Shown here: positions 17,784 through 27,705 of the stretch, one piece after another | Position numbering within the stretch: the first letter of the stretch is position 1 | How the letters are laid out: the number at the start of each line of letters is the position of its first letter | Origin: a virus | Lineage: Duplodnaviria > Caudoviricetes | Reading direction: 5' to 3' (one strand) | DNA length: 48,703 bases | IMG/VR virus record: IMGVR_UViG_3300048858_000146 | Location: 1-48,703 of that record | Position numbers and translations under genes: made by a program | The notes under the pieces: model-generated | Told to the model about the DNA's origin: nothing | Database searches by the model: none | The model's input: the letters and a program-made list of their open reading frames with translations, nothing else

Positions 17784-18824
17784 TTACGCGCCTTTGATTT
17801 TCAGGAATGCGATCGGCACGTTCTTCCGGTCGACCACGCGATTCCAGTTGGCGGCCTTGCGCAGGTCAGCCAGCAGCGGCGAGAACTCATCCACGGTGGT
17901 ATCAGCGCCGGTGCGACCGTTCGCGTTCGCGCGGTTGGTGATATCGTCTCCGGTGAATTGATAGCCGAACGGATGCAAGATCCAAGTCTTGCGCTCCCAC
18001 AGCGTCTCGACCCCACCGCCGTTGCCCGCGCGCGCCTGACGCTCGATCTCCACAGGAACCAGCGGGTCACCTTCGCCGTAGCCGAACGCGCCAGCACCGA
18101 ACAGCACCGCAGTAGTGGTGATGGTTGCTGGATCGCCCGCGCTGGTGGCCGGCATGGAGTCGTCAACGATCACTCGCTGGCCCATGAAGGTCGGAATAGT
18201 CAGGTTGCCCTGGCTGTCCGGGACGAAGTCGATGTCGTCGGCGTCAATCATCTGCTTGTACGCGAGCGAATGGACCGCGATGGCGGACAGCTGGCCGAAA
18301 GCATCGCCCAGGGTGAACACCGCAGAGGTGAACGCTTGGCGCGACCACAGCGCAGTCGCGCCGTCGTAGACCATGTCGCCATCGTCGTTTGCTACGTTGT
18401 CGGCCAGCAGACCTACTGCAGAAGCGATGACGCGACGCTGCCACTGGCGCTGCCAGTAGGTGCCGAAGCGGTTGCGGATTCGCTGCATCGGATCGGAACC
18501 GGACAGCTCCACCACGAGGTCAGCGGCAGAATAGCCTTGGTTGAGGTAGCTGATGCGCGCCTTCTGCAAACCGGAGCCCAGCTTGTTGGGCGATGCCATG
18601 TCAGCAGGATCGTCGTTCGAGGCATTTGGCTCGACGGAGGCGTCGAGGTCACGCCAGAAGGGAACCTGAATCTCCTGGCCGCCGGTGCTGGCTTTGGCGT
18701 CCAGCATAGCGTTGCGAACAACGACGCCAGATTCGAAAAAGGCGGTACGTTCGGGCGTGTTCTCCGCCTGATAGTCGGCGTAGACCTCGGGGATTACTGC
18801 GTCAGCAAGGCGAGTGGTCGCCAT
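17784..18824 (-). CDS. Major capsid protein
   Basis: 346 aa, MATTRLADAVIPEVYADY..TAFFESG; ends NWNRVVDRKNVPIAFL; follows scaffold. Confidence 0.9.
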   Translation of the reverse strand: MATTRLADAVIPEVYADYQAENTPERTAFFESGVVVRNAMLDAKASTGGQEIQVPFWRDLDASVEPNASNDDPADMASPNKLGSGLQKARISYLNQGYSAADLVVELSGSDPMQRIRNRFGTYWQRQWQRRVIASAVGLLADNVANDDGDMVYDGATALWSRQAFTSAVFTLGDAFGQLSAIAVHSLAYKQMIDADDIDFVPDSQGNLTIPTFMGQRVIVDDSMPATSAGDPATITTTAVLFGAGAFGYGEGDPLVPVEIERQARAGNGGGVETLWERKTWILHPFGYQFTGDDITNRANANGRTGADTTVDEFSPLLADLRKAANWNRVVDRKNVPIAFLKIKGA

Positions 18825-18830
18825 AGTGTG

Positions 18831-19607
18831 TTACTCCTGTTTGGTGGCTTCGCGCAGCTGGCGGTATTTCGCCGGATCCGTTCGGTAAAGATCGGTGCGC
18901 TCGGTTTCGGTCATATCGGAAAACTTCTTCGTGGCCTTGCCACCGTTGTCGCCGGTCGGTCCGGCACCCTGAGCCCTAGGCCAGAGGTGTGTAGCGGTTT
19001 CTCGCAGCGATTCCGCCCATTCGAGCGGCGACAGAGGTGTCTTGCCGTCCTTGCCGTAGATGACCTGGCCATCCCGGTCGGTGGCGATCGCCTCGCCGTC
19101 CTCACTGAGTTTGAACGTGCCCCGGGCGCGCAGAATGATGTCCTCGGCGGCCTCGGGGAGCGCGCCAGCCTTGATGGCAGCAGCACGGATGGAGTCGGCC
19201 AGCACCTTGTCGCTGTACTTCGCAGCGAAGGCCTCGGCCTTATCGGCGCGCTCGTTGGCGGCCTTGACCTGCTTGTCGAGGTCAGTGCGCAGGCGTTCGG
19301 TGCGGCGGTTGACGACTTCGTCCAGCTTGCCTTCGGCGATCAGCTTGGTTTCTTCGTCCTGGCCCACTTTGTTCAGCAGGCCCTTTACAGCCTCGATGTC
19401 CAAACCATCGAACTGGCCTTTCAGCTGGTCGAGCTCGGTCTTGATAGTCTTGTTGGAGCCGATCAGCTCCTGGTTCTTGGACTTGAGGCCCGAGACCTCG
19501 CTATCAAGGAATTTTTGTACCTCGCCACCGAGTGCTGCCTTGAGCGCGGCAGCTTGGGTTTCGTCGAGGGTGAGGCCGTGGGCGGCCGGGTCGAAGTTAA
19601 AAGGCAT
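18831..19607 (-). CDS. Capsid scaffolding protein
   Basis: Coiled-coil, charged, GLKSKNQELI; directly upstream of the capsid gene. Confidence 0.8.
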   Translation of the reverse strand: MPFNFDPAAHGLTLDETQAAALKAALGGEVQKFLDSEVSGLKSKNQELIGSNKTIKTELDQLKGQFDGLDIEAVKGLLNKVGQDEETKLIAEGKLDEVVNRRTERLRTDLDKQVKAANERADKAEAFAAKYSDKVLADSIRAAAIKAGALPEAAEDIILRARGTFKLSEDGEAIATDRDGQVIYGKDGKTPLSPLEWAESLRETATHLWPRAQGAGPTGDNGGKATKKFSDMTETERTDLYRTDPAKYRQLREATKQE

Positions 19608-19648
19608 TTGCTATCCCCTTGGGATTGGTTGGCCCGCCTGGCGGGCAT

Positions 19649-19672
19649 AAAAAAGCCCCGCAATGCGAGGCC
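19649..19672 (-). terminator. Terminator-like hairpin
   Basis: GCCTCGC-ATT-GCGGGGC then a T run on the minus strand. Confidence 0.55.
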
Positions 19673-19756
19673 GGGTTCCGGATCTGCGATGAGAGTTCTG
19701 TTGTCCGCCAAGCAGTGGTGGCAAACTGCCCCGCCACATGTATTTAGGATTACCGC

Positions 19757-20347
19757 ATGACTTTTGAATCATTCAAAAAGCTAGCCCTTACTGGCTATGC
19801 CAAGGTGCTTGCAGCCCTTGGAATAGTCGCGACACTCGCTACGATTTACAGCGCCGTCCAAGAACCAGGCCCTAAGCACAACCCCGCATTCCTCGGCCGC
19901 TGGGAAAGCACATACGAATACCCCCTACCTGGCGGCAAGTTTACGTTCAGCGGCATCACCGAATTTTTTAGAAACGGGCATTACAATGTGAATGGCACGT
20001 TCACATTCTCAGGACAAACCCTAGGTCAGGAATTCTCCGCCGTGATGCCCGCTCGGGGCGTTGGCAACTGGACAGCCGACGATGACTTCCTCACGTTTAC
20101 CTTGACCGGACTGAGGACGGAGCCCGGTCGATACAAGGTCGGTGCTCTGGAGCTACCAATACCTACGCTGGAGCAGATCACCGGCATCCGTCTACCTGAC
20201 ATTAATCAGCACTATGTCCCGGGAACTTCCGACGAGCTGAAGATCATCTCCCAAGCAGACGACAAGATGGTTCTTCAAGGTAAGGGCCCAGATGGGAATC
20301 CTTTTACCTACGTCAGCGAAAGGCATGACGGCCTGCTGAGAAACTAG
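19757..20347 (+). CDS. Membrane-anchored hypothetical protein (moron in head operon)
   Basis: Antisense to the late operon, N-terminal TM helix, beta-rich body with GRW motif, TAGGA RBS. Confidence 0.7.
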   Translation: MTFESFKKLALTGYAKVLAALGIVATLATIYSAVQEPGPKHNPAFLGRWESTYEYPLPGGKFTFSGITEFFRNGHYNVNGTFTFSGQTLGQEFSAVMPARGVGNWTADDDFLTFTLTGLRTEPGRYKVGALELPIPTLEQITGIRLPDINQHYVPGTSDELKIISQADDKMVLQGKGPDGNPFTYVSERHDGLLRN

Positions 20348-21444
20348 TCAATGCCAGCCCGCACGAAGGCCAAAGGCTCCAGCTCCCTGAGCTGGTCCAA
20401 CGATAGCGGCTTGAAGTTCTTGTCGAGCTGCAGCGCGGCGAAGCGCTCGGCGGTCAGGCCGCCATCGCGGAATAGCTCGGCACGCACCGGGCCAAGCGCA
20501 GCGTCCTGGAACTCCGGTGGCTGCGTTTGGAGCCATTGATAGTAACTGAGCCCTGCCGAGACCTGCGCGCCGCCGGCAGCGCCCACCGAGGCGCGGGTGG
20601 CACCGCCAGCGAACAACCCCGACAGCCTGGTGACCGGCACTGTGGTCGAGCGGCAATTGACGTGCGCCGGCGGCAGCGGCCCCTTCCCCACCTCGAACAC
20701 TCGACCGTCCAGGCTCTTGCAGAGGGTGCTGGTCTTGCGATCAAGCGTCGACACCCAACGGTAGCCAGGTATCACGTCGGCATTCGCTTTGAGCGTCTCC
20801 ATGCGGGCTGTCGTGGCCACGTGCTGGACTGCGGTTTGAACGACTGATCGGGCATGGCGGTTGCTGACTGCCAGCACCCCATCAGTGAAGTTCTGCGCTG
20901 CAGTGCCGCGTATAGCGCGGGTGATTTCGGCATTGGTCTGGCCCTGCACCACGCCGAGCCGGATGGCATTCGCGACCCGGGAGGATTCGGTACGCGTCCA
21001 GTCATTGAGGAACGACTTGAGCAGCGTGCCGCCATCAATGCCTGAAACCTGTAGTGGCTGCGCATTGATGGCGGCCCGGATCACCGCGTCGGTTGGCATG
21101 ATGGCGTCAAGCAATAGCGCCTGGACCAAGCTGCGGCCCTCGAATGCGGCTTCGTACAGCGAAATGTCCACTAGGTCGGCCTGCATCCGGTCATTGAAGG
21201 CGTTGTAGATCCCCAGCAGCTTGCCGCCAACCCTGGCAAGGAACTCCTCGAGTCGGCTGCGACTGTACGTGGTCAGTTCCGCACGGGTCAGCTGCTCCCG
21301 AACGTGCTTGTCGACCTTGCGAAGGACGTCCTCAAACTTTTTGACCTCGCCTGCCTTGAGCCGCTCAAGTAGTACCGAGTGGCGGGTCACCTGCTCCAGC
21401 AGCTTCTCGTCCGCTGTTTGCTCCGGTTTCGTCGCCATCGTCAT
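20344..21444 (-). CDS. Minor head/head morphogenesis protein (SPP1 gp7/Mu F family)
   Basis: YRWVSTLDRKTSTLCKSLDG...PPAHVNCRS. Confidence 0.9.
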   Translation of the reverse strand: MTMATKPEQTADEKLLEQVTRHSVLLERLKAGEVKKFEDVLRKVDKHVREQLTRAELTTYSRSRLEEFLARVGGKLLGIYNAFNDRMQADLVDISLYEAAFEGRSLVQALLLDAIMPTDAVIRAAINAQPLQVSGIDGGTLLKSFLNDWTRTESSRVANAIRLGVVQGQTNAEITRAIRGTAAQNFTDGVLAVSNRHARSVVQTAVQHVATTARMETLKANADVIPGYRWVSTLDRKTSTLCKSLDGRVFEVGKGPLPPAHVNCRSTTVPVTRLSGLFAGGATRASVGAAGGAQVSAGLSYYQWLQTQPPEFQDAALGPVRAELFRDGGLTAERFAALQLDKNFKPLSLDQLRELEPLAFVRAGID

Positions 21445-22819
21445 TGTCCAAGTTGAGGCCGGCCGACTCGCGCTCGTCGCTGATCAGATCGGCCTCTTCG
21501 TCGTAGGGGTGCTCCGGCAGTTTGCCGGTGGTGAGGTACTGCCAATAGGTCTCAGCGCTTATGGTGCCAGCCATGACGCTCTTCTGCAGCTCAGCCAGCA
21601 CCTGGGCGCTGACCACCGGAATGATAAACTCTGGCTTTACCTTGAAGACCACGTCGTCCGGGTTGTAGCCGGTCCACTCGGCGGCATAGCGCAGGGCCTG
21701 CTCGATCGCAGCGGCCGCGGTAATGACGATGCTGTGCAGCGTAGCGTGCTGGTCGTTCTGGCGGGTCTTACGCGCCTCGCCTGACTCGGTGCCGGATACG
21801 TCCATGACCTTAGCTCCAGCCTCCAGGGCGGCGTTCTTCTGGTCTTCCATGGCCTTGCGCACTGCCTCGATGCCTGCGCCCTGAAATTCCAAGTAACCGC
21901 ATGAGCCATTCGGCCCAAGGTCCCAAGCCGCTGATGGGCCGGTCACGCTCAGCTCCACGCTCTCATCCAGTCCCGACACCCAGGGTTGGGGGTGGCTGGT
22001 CTGATGCAGCGCGGTGAAGTAGTCGGCGCTGAGCTGGTAGGATTTCAGGGCCGCCCGCGCCATCGTCAGTAGCGGGATCTCGTCGACCTCCGGCGAGTTG
22101 TCAGTCGAGCCGCAGTAAATGACCGGGATGTACTCCAAGCCTCGCACCAGCTGGTTACCAATGCCTACCGTGCCAAGCGGGCGGGCATCTTCGATCAGCT
22201 CGCCGCCTTCGTTGCGCACCGCCGTGTAGCAAACCTCGCTCTCGATGTAGAACTCACGGAAGACTGTCACGCACTCATGGCTGTAGCGGTCCTCGGCGTC
22301 CTTCTTTCGGAACTCCCGAAACACGGCCAGCACCAAGTCTTGGCGCCCGCCCTGATCGGCAGTATCCCAGTTGATGGCGTTGCGTACTGCGTAGGTGGCG
22401 AAGTACGGCTGGCCGGAGTCGTCCACATTCACCACCAGCGGCACCCGCCCGTGGGAAATCGCTTGGCGCACTATTCGCAGGAACAGCTGGGTCAGGCCGA
22501 AGCCGTCCGCTGTAGCGTTGTCCTCCAACTGCTTCAGCCCGCTGGGCAGCTTCACTTCGGGAATGAGGCGGGAGACCAAGCCCATCATCGAGCGCAGCGA
22601 GTCCCGCACCCAATGCTCGTACTGCGCCCGGTCGGTGTAGTTCCTGTAGAGATACGCGTTTCCCGCGCCGTCCAGCTTCTCGGCCTCGACCATACCACTG
22701 GGCTTGGGCAAGTTGCAGGGGCTGCGCTTGATAGCGCCCTCGCCCTCTAGGGCATCGTCCATCATCCGCCACTCTTCGATGTGAGCGTCGTAGTCTGGGT
22801 TTGTCGATTGCACTGGCAT
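21365..22819 (-). CDS. Portal protein (DUF4055-type)
   Basis: 484 aa after terL; Y..RA.Y, ESGEARKTR, ISAETYW..L. Confidence 0.88.
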   Translation of the reverse strand: MPVQSTNPDYDAHIEEWRMMDDALEGEGAIKRSPCNLPKPSGMVEAEKLDGAGNAYLYRNYTDRAQYEHWVRDSLRSMMGLVSRLIPEVKLPSGLKQLEDNATADGFGLTQLFLRIVRQAISHGRVPLVVNVDDSGQPYFATYAVRNAINWDTADQGGRQDLVLAVFREFRKKDAEDRYSHECVTVFREFYIESEVCYTAVRNEGGELIEDARPLGTVGIGNQLVRGLEYIPVIYCGSTDNSPEVDEIPLLTMARAALKSYQLSADYFTALHQTSHPQPWVSGLDESVELSVTGPSAAWDLGPNGSCGYLEFQGAGIEAVRKAMEDQKNAALEAGAKVMDVSGTESGEARKTRQNDQHATLHSIVITAAAAIEQALRYAAEWTGYNPDDVVFKVKPEFIIPVVSAQVLAELQKSVMAGTISAETYWQYLTTGKLPEHPYDEEADLISDERESAGLNLDNDDGDETGANSGREAAGAGDPPLGTT

Positions 22820-24309
22820 TAGGCCAATCCTCCGATACGGCGGACACCGCCTGTGCGTTTACGTCTGCCCATCGAAACGGCGAAGTAGCGAAATGCATCC
22901 GCCGCGTGTGATGACCAGTCGTGAAGTGGTTTGTCTTTCCAGCAACCTCGCTTGTCATCCCACTCTTTTCGGTAGTTCTCCAGGCAGGAGATGCCTTCCT
23001 CGCACTTGGCGTCATTGAACGCGCAGCTCGGGAGAATTTCCCGGACTTGCTCAATGCCCTCGTCGATGCCGATCTTGGGGACAACGCTGAACTTGATGCT
23101 GTATTTCTGGCCGTCGATCTCGTAACCCTCGCGGGCGATCTCACGCCGAGTCTTGCCGTCGCTGCCGAACTCCCGGTTGTCGATGTCGTGCGGTCCCCAG
23201 TGCTCGCCGTACGTGTAGCCGCGGTCCTTGAGCGCCTTCATGTAGTGCCGCAGGCCCTCGCCGCTGTTCTGGTAGAAGTCGACGATGTGGAATTCCTCAC
23301 CCACCATGCGGACGAACCAGATCGACGTTGAGTCGCCGACGCCGATATCCCAGAACGTGTGAACGGGCTGATGGCTGTTGTCAGGCAGCACGCCGATGCG
23401 CTGGGCGCTGTAGAGCTTGGTGAACTGTTTGGCGTAGTACGCGCCTTCAATCGACTGCTGGAAGGCTTCAGCGGGTATCGACGGGTATTCCCGCTTCATG
23501 TCGTCGCCGAGCGTCTTCTCTTTGGCCGAGTACCAGGCGCGCTGGCCAGGGTTCGTGACGACTCCGTGTTTAGCCAGCAGCTCGTCGAAGTACTTGGTCA
23601 GTCGGTCAGGGATGACGACATCAGTCGGGTCGAGCCAGTACAGCGCGTTGCGCCACCAGCTGAAGAAGAAGAACTTCCAATCCAACAGACCCAGCGGGAC
23701 GCCGGCCAGTTGCTGCTTCTCAGCGCTTTGCGAGTAATCGAAGAAGTAGCCCGCCCGCCCCTCAGCCGTCGACTCGATGGTAACGAAGCAGTCGGCGGCG
23801 ACAGCCTCGAATGCCCCGGTGACGATCTCTCGGGCCTTGTGGGGGAACTTGGCGCAGATCTTCCCGAACTCGGATACGTGCAGGTAACGCAGGGTGCCGC
23901 CCCGGAATGAGGTCGAGACGTAGAGCGAGCCGCCCTTGCTGAACACAAGCTCACCAGCAGCATCGTTACTCGCTGGGTTGGCTGCCTTGATCTCTTTGGG
24001 GAGGTTGTCGTAGGCGTACTTCACCTTCTCGCGGAACAAGCGCTTGGCATCGTTCAGGGTGTGAGCGATGAGCGCGCACTTGGCAGACTCGAACAGGGCG
24101 GCGTCCAGCTGCACAATACAAACGAGCGTCGTGAACCCCAGCTGACGAGCCTTCAAGATGATGTTGCGGGTGTGCATGCCCTGGAAGTAGTCGATCTGCT
24201 CCTGCGTCATGCGGAAGCGGACTTTCTTCCCGTTCTTGTCGGTGATGAAGTACAGGTTGTTCAGGCGCCAGAACCGATCCCTGAGCAGCTTCATGTGCTC
24301 GGGCTTCAT
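22819..24309 (-). CDS. terL: Terminase large subunit
   Basis: IILKARQLGFTT (Walker A), LHVSE (Walker B), IESTAEG, WDIGVGDST, SHAADAFRY nuclease domain. Confidence 0.96.
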   Translation of the reverse strand: MKPEHMKLLRDRFWRLNNLYFITDKNGKKVRFRMTQEQIDYFQGMHTRNIILKARQLGFTTLVCIVQLDAALFESAKCALIAHTLNDAKRLFREKVKYAYDNLPKEIKAANPASNDAAGELVFSKGGSLYVSTSFRGGTLRYLHVSEFGKICAKFPHKAREIVTGAFEAVAADCFVTIESTAEGRAGYFFDYSQSAEKQQLAGVPLGLLDWKFFFFSWWRNALYWLDPTDVVIPDRLTKYFDELLAKHGVVTNPGQRAWYSAKEKTLGDDMKREYPSIPAEAFQQSIEGAYYAKQFTKLYSAQRIGVLPDNSHQPVHTFWDIGVGDSTSIWFVRMVGEEFHIVDFYQNSGEGLRHYMKALKDRGYTYGEHWGPHDIDNREFGSDGKTRREIAREGYEIDGQKYSIKFSVVPKIGIDEGIEQVREILPSCAFNDAKCEEGISCLENYRKEWDDKRGCWKDKPLHDWSSHAADAFRYFAVSMGRRKRTGGVRRIGGLA

Positions 24310-24310
24310 G

Positions 24311-24832
24311 TCATGCGTCCTTCGATAGTTCGTCCATCAACGAGGCCAGGTCGCTGACTGTCTTGTCGCCTTCCTCGGCATCGAGGTTGTAGGCCTGACG
24401 TTCGCCCTTGATGACCTTTAGCTGGGCGTCGACACCGGCGTTCAGTGAGCGGGAGAAGTCGTTGATGTTGTCTTCTGTGACGTCGATCTCTTGCAGGGCG
24501 GCGCTGAGCTTGTTCGCGATACCGCGCCATTGGGCCAGGTCAACTCGGTGGGCCAGTACGACGGCGGCGACCTTGTCTGAAGCTTCATCAATGATTTCGG
24601 CTTCGGTTACCAGCGGGTCTTGGTAACCCTTTGTGGTAACTGCATCGGTAACCTTCCGCTTGGCTGCGGCTCGGACCTTATCGGTCAGGTCTCTGATCCA
24701 GCCTTCTTTCTTGGCGCGCTTAGCAATCGCTACGTGGGAGATGTTGTTCTCTTCAGCGATGGCGCGAACCGAAAGCGACCCGGCCCGGTAGGCACGTTCA
24801 ATCGCCTCCCAGTCGGGTTGCTTAGTTGTCAT
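24311..24832 (-). CDS. terS: Terminase small subunit
   Basis: PDWEAIERAYRAG.LSVRAIA...I.KRAKKEGW HTH; directly upstream of terL. Confidence 0.88.
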   Translation of the reverse strand: MTTKQPDWEAIERAYRAGSLSVRAIAEENNISHVAIAKRAKKEGWIRDLTDKVRAAAKRKVTDAVTTKGYQDPLVTEAEIIDEASDKVAAVVLAHRVDLAQWRGIANKLSAALQEIDVTEDNINDFSRSLNAGVDAQLKVIKGERQAYNLDAEEGDKTVSDLASLMDELSKDA

Positions 24833-24890
24833 AAAACTCCAGAGAAAACCCCGCGATACGCGGGGCCTTACTTACCAGTGATGAAAGGTA

Positions 24891-25073
24891 CTAATCGGTC
24901 TTTTTGATTGTCTCCGGGTCAAAGCCCGCAGTCTGAAGCGATCCCTTCTGATCGAACCAACGGCATGTAATTACTGCCGCAAAATCGTCTACCGCCCCTT
25001 CGACATGCTGGACCGTCATGTCAGGTCCGCCACTTTTCAAAACCACAATATCGCCCTTATTGAACTGGGTCAT
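24891..25073 (-). CDS. YodC/DUF2158 family small protein
   Basis: FNKGDIVVLKSGGPDMTV...CRWF. Confidence 0.85.
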   Translation of the reverse strand: MTQFNKGDIVVLKSGGPDMTVQHVEGAVDDFAAVITCRWFDQKGSLQTAGFDPETIKKTD

Positions 25074-25146
25074 TGCATTGCGCCTACGATGTGAATGGAA
25101 ATCAAATCATTGGGGCAATCGCCCTGATTTCAACTTCAGGCGGTTT

Positions 25147-25332
25147 TCAAATTGTCTTTTCCAGCCATTCCTCAAGCACGCGGCGCAGCACCGGCTCGGT
25201 CAGAATGCTGGATGGCTTCTCGCCCCTGATCACAGATCGAATCAAGGCATGGGGTATCTGGTGTACGCAGTCAGACGCATCAACGAGCACATGGGGGCGC
25301 TCATGCTCGATGTAGTGGATTGTCGCGCTCAT
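25147..25332 (-). CDS. Hypothetical phage protein
   Basis: ORF MSATIHYIEHERPH...; in-operon spacing. Confidence 0.55.
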   Translation of the reverse strand: MSATIHYIEHERPHVLVDASDCVHQIPHALIRSVIRGEKPSSILTEPVLRRVLEEWLEKTI

Positions 25333-25336
25333 GGGC

Positions 25337-25471
25337 TTACTCGACTGTGCAGTTCGGCCAGGTCGACCGGGCGAACGCGAGCGCGCCGTCATGATCGAGG
25401 GCGCACTCAAGGAGAATCATCGGGAACGGCTTGTAGCCTGGCGTGGTGACCTGCCAATTTTTCTTGGTCAT
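25337..25471 (-). CDS. Hypothetical small phage protein
   Basis: MTKKNWQVTTPGYKPFPM; GAGGTG RBS. Confidence 0.55.
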   Translation of the reverse strand: MTKKNWQVTTPGYKPFPMILLECALDHDGALAFARSTWPNCTVE

Positions 25472-25609
25472 GGTCACCTCGCGCCACGAAACGGCAGTAT
25501 CCGAACTTCGGGCGCGCTGGTGCGCGATCACCTACTGTCGGACGACCTTGAAATACTGGCTATTTGCCGGTATTACTGGCGCCTTTTTTAACAGCAAGGT
25601 AGCTGGCCA

Positions 25610-26122
25610 GTGAAATTCGTTCGTAACCGTTTTGCCGCAGTATCCGTCTTCGCCGCATTAGCTCTCAGCGGGTGCGCCAGCTATCCAGAACAGACAAAGG
25701 TCAATTACGGCCCTGGAAAAATCAGAGTGGTGAGTAAGGAGTATGTTTGCTACTCGGACGCGCAGTTTATCGATGGCCAGCGTACCATCGTGAATCTATG
25801 CGGTAATTCCCACTCGGGCTTTTTCGTCCAAGGTGAACCTCAAATATGGGCGGGGCTGGGACATCGAATACCTCCCAAGTTTCTGCTCAGTGACGCAATC
25901 GCGGGAACCAAGGTACCTCTTAACGGGAATGTGGGGTTTCTCAAATGCGACCCGCTAAATCAAACCTCCAGCACTGAGCCCCGTGTCACTTTTTGCAAAC
26001 TTACACTCAACGATCAGCTTCTCATAAGTGCTGAGGTCGTATTCGAGGCGGGCTCTGATACACGTATGACTGACAAGCCCCATCCGATCGTTGAACTCAT
26101 TGAAAAGGTGCGAAAGCTGTAA
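25610..26122 (+). CDS. Lipoprotein moron
   Basis: ALALSGC lipobox; antisense to the late operon. Confidence 0.72.
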   Translation: MKFVRNRFAAVSVFAALALSGCASYPEQTKVNYGPGKIRVVSKEYVCYSDAQFIDGQRTIVNLCGNSHSGFFVQGEPQIWAGLGHRIPPKFLLSDAIAGTKVPLNGNVGFLKCDPLNQTSSTEPRVTFCKLTLNDQLLISAEVVFEAGSDTRMTDKPHPIVELIEKVRKL

Positions 26123-26277
26123 CAGGCCACCCACTTTCCGGACCACTATTTCAGCCGCCATGCCGTACGCTGGGAATGTTCGCGCCACGAAATGGCGGTG
26201 TCTGTTTTGTGGTGCGGACACTCGTGCAGCGCATACGGTAAGCTGGTGCCTGGGACAACCTCCAATAGAAGGCTCGC

Positions 26278-26616
26278 ATGGAAAGCCATCCACAAATGTT
26301 ACCGGCAGCGATCGCCACTCTTTGCTTTGTCGTCGGCGCCGTTTTCTACGTCTATGTCGCACTCCACCCAGGCGTGAAGTTCCGCGGCTGGAAGGGCCAG
26401 ATGATGGGTGCTTTCTTCGGCTTCGCTTGTGCGATATCGGTCGTGTTCATCTGGAAATTCTGCACCGCAACCCGCTATCCGACCCGTATGGACATCTACG
26501 TCCTGGCAGTTTCGGTTCAAAACCTGGCGACCTTCGGAGCTGCATGCTTGACCAATATTGCCGGGGCTTTCAAGGAGCGAAAGGCCAAAAGCTCGTTGGA
26601 TCCAGAGGCGCGCTGA
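26278..26616 (+). CDS. Small multi-TM membrane protein moron
   Basis: Three hydrophobic segments. Confidence 0.5.
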   Translation: MESHPQMLPAAIATLCFVVGAVFYVYVALHPGVKFRGWKGQMMGAFFGFACAISVVFIWKFCTATRYPTRMDIYVLAVSVQNLATFGAACLTNIAGAFKERKAKSSLDPEAR

Positions 26617-26659
26617 GTTCCTCTAAGCCAGGGCGCGGCCGAGCGCTTTGCAGCGCTGC

Positions 26660-27010
26660 CTAACGAATCATGTCAGTGAAGCTGCGCGGCAGCATCCGGG
26701 CGACGTTGCCTCGGGCGTAGATCACGAAGAACAGAACGCACAGCATCACGAGTGTGAGCGGCGGCTGAACCACGGCGGAGAACTGGTTGAAGTTCACGGC
26801 GACCCGGTAGGCCTCGGCGGCGTTGGCACCGGCGAACGCTGCGGCAATTGCGCCGATCAGCTTGCGGTGTTTGGCGGTTCCGCTCTGATACCCCGCCACC
26901 ACCAGAAATATCAGCAGGTGGCAGGTGCCGCGTGTTCCGAGCAGTACGTCAGGGATGACGCTATCAAGCCAGATGGCGATAGCGTTGATCAGTTGGTGGA
27001 ATTCATTCAT
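26660..27010 (-). CDS. Putative 3-TM holin
   Basis: Hydrophobic helices, C-terminal ARGNVARML typical of the putative phage holin family; paired with the upstream holin. Confidence 0.7.
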   Translation of the reverse strand: MNEFHQLINAIAIWLDSVIPDVLLGTRGTCHLLIFLVVAGYQSGTAKHRKLIGAIAAAFAGANAAEAYRVAVNFNQFSAVVQPPLTLVMLCVLFFVIYARGNVARMLPRSFTDMIR

Positions 27011-27413
27011 CGCGCTTTCCTCGTTTGAGGAAGGCCGGCAGGAAACCCTTTGCGAAGGTTGCGAACCAGTCTACCCAGTCAGGACGCGGCCCGCCGTCTG
27101 CCCAGCGCTTCAACGATCCGAACACCCAGGATGCCAGCGCGGATGCAACACAGGCCAGGAAAGCGGCCGCCCCGTTGTAGGACAGCAGGTTGAGCATCAT
27201 GATTCCGAAGATGTAACCGATGATGCAGGAACCGAGCGCGTAAAAGACCCGGGTACTCCATGGGAGCGCAGCAGATGCACCGAGGAAAAAGCAGCACCCG
27301 CCAATCGCAGCCAGCGCCATACCATGATCGAACGAGAACAGGTAGGCGAGCGTCACCCCTCCACCGGTGGCCACACCGCTTACGAGTGCGGCAGGTATTG
27401 CTTCTGCGCTCAT
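27003..27413 (-). CDS. Putative holin
   Basis: Multi-TM, D...LAAIGG..FF pattern, basic C-terminus; first lysis-position gene. Confidence 0.7.
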   Translation of the reverse strand: MSAEAIPAALVSGVATGGGVTLAYLFSFDHGMALAAIGGCCFFLGASAALPWSTRVFYALGSCIIGYIFGIMMLNLLSYNGAAAFLACVASALASWVFGSLKRWADGGPRPDWVDWFATFAKGFLPAFLKRGKRDE

Positions 27414-27447
27414 AAGCACTCCGTGTGGTGGTGGTTCGGGTTGAGGG

Positions 27448-27705
27448 TCACCATGATGCAGGACTGTTCCACTCAAGACCGGCCATGCGGGCGAATACGG
27501 CGAAGGTGATGACGCTGGTCCCGGCAGTGACAAGGAACGTCATGGCCTTCCCGGTGACGCCGTGATCTTCCTCTTCAGCCCTTTTGAGGCCCTGAATAAT
27601 CATGATCGCACCCAGGAACACGTTGGCGCTGATGTCTCGGTTCATCACATAGCAGATCAGTGCCATGGCGAAGGCGAAGAAGCTCCAGCAGGTGGAACGG
27701 GTCAT
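27448..27705 (-). CDS. Small membrane protein
   Basis: MTRSTCWSFFAFAMALICYV; GGAGAG RBS. Confidence 0.55.
   Translation of the reverse strand: MTRSTCWSFFAFAMALICYVMNRDISANVFLGAIMIIQGLKRAEEEDHGVTGKAMTFLVTAGTSVITFAVFARMAGLEWNSPASW

Noticed and set aside
17754-19760. 668-aa plus-strand ORF
   Set aside because: Antisense shadow of the capsid and scaffold genes caused by GC-rich codon bias; no recognisable motifs
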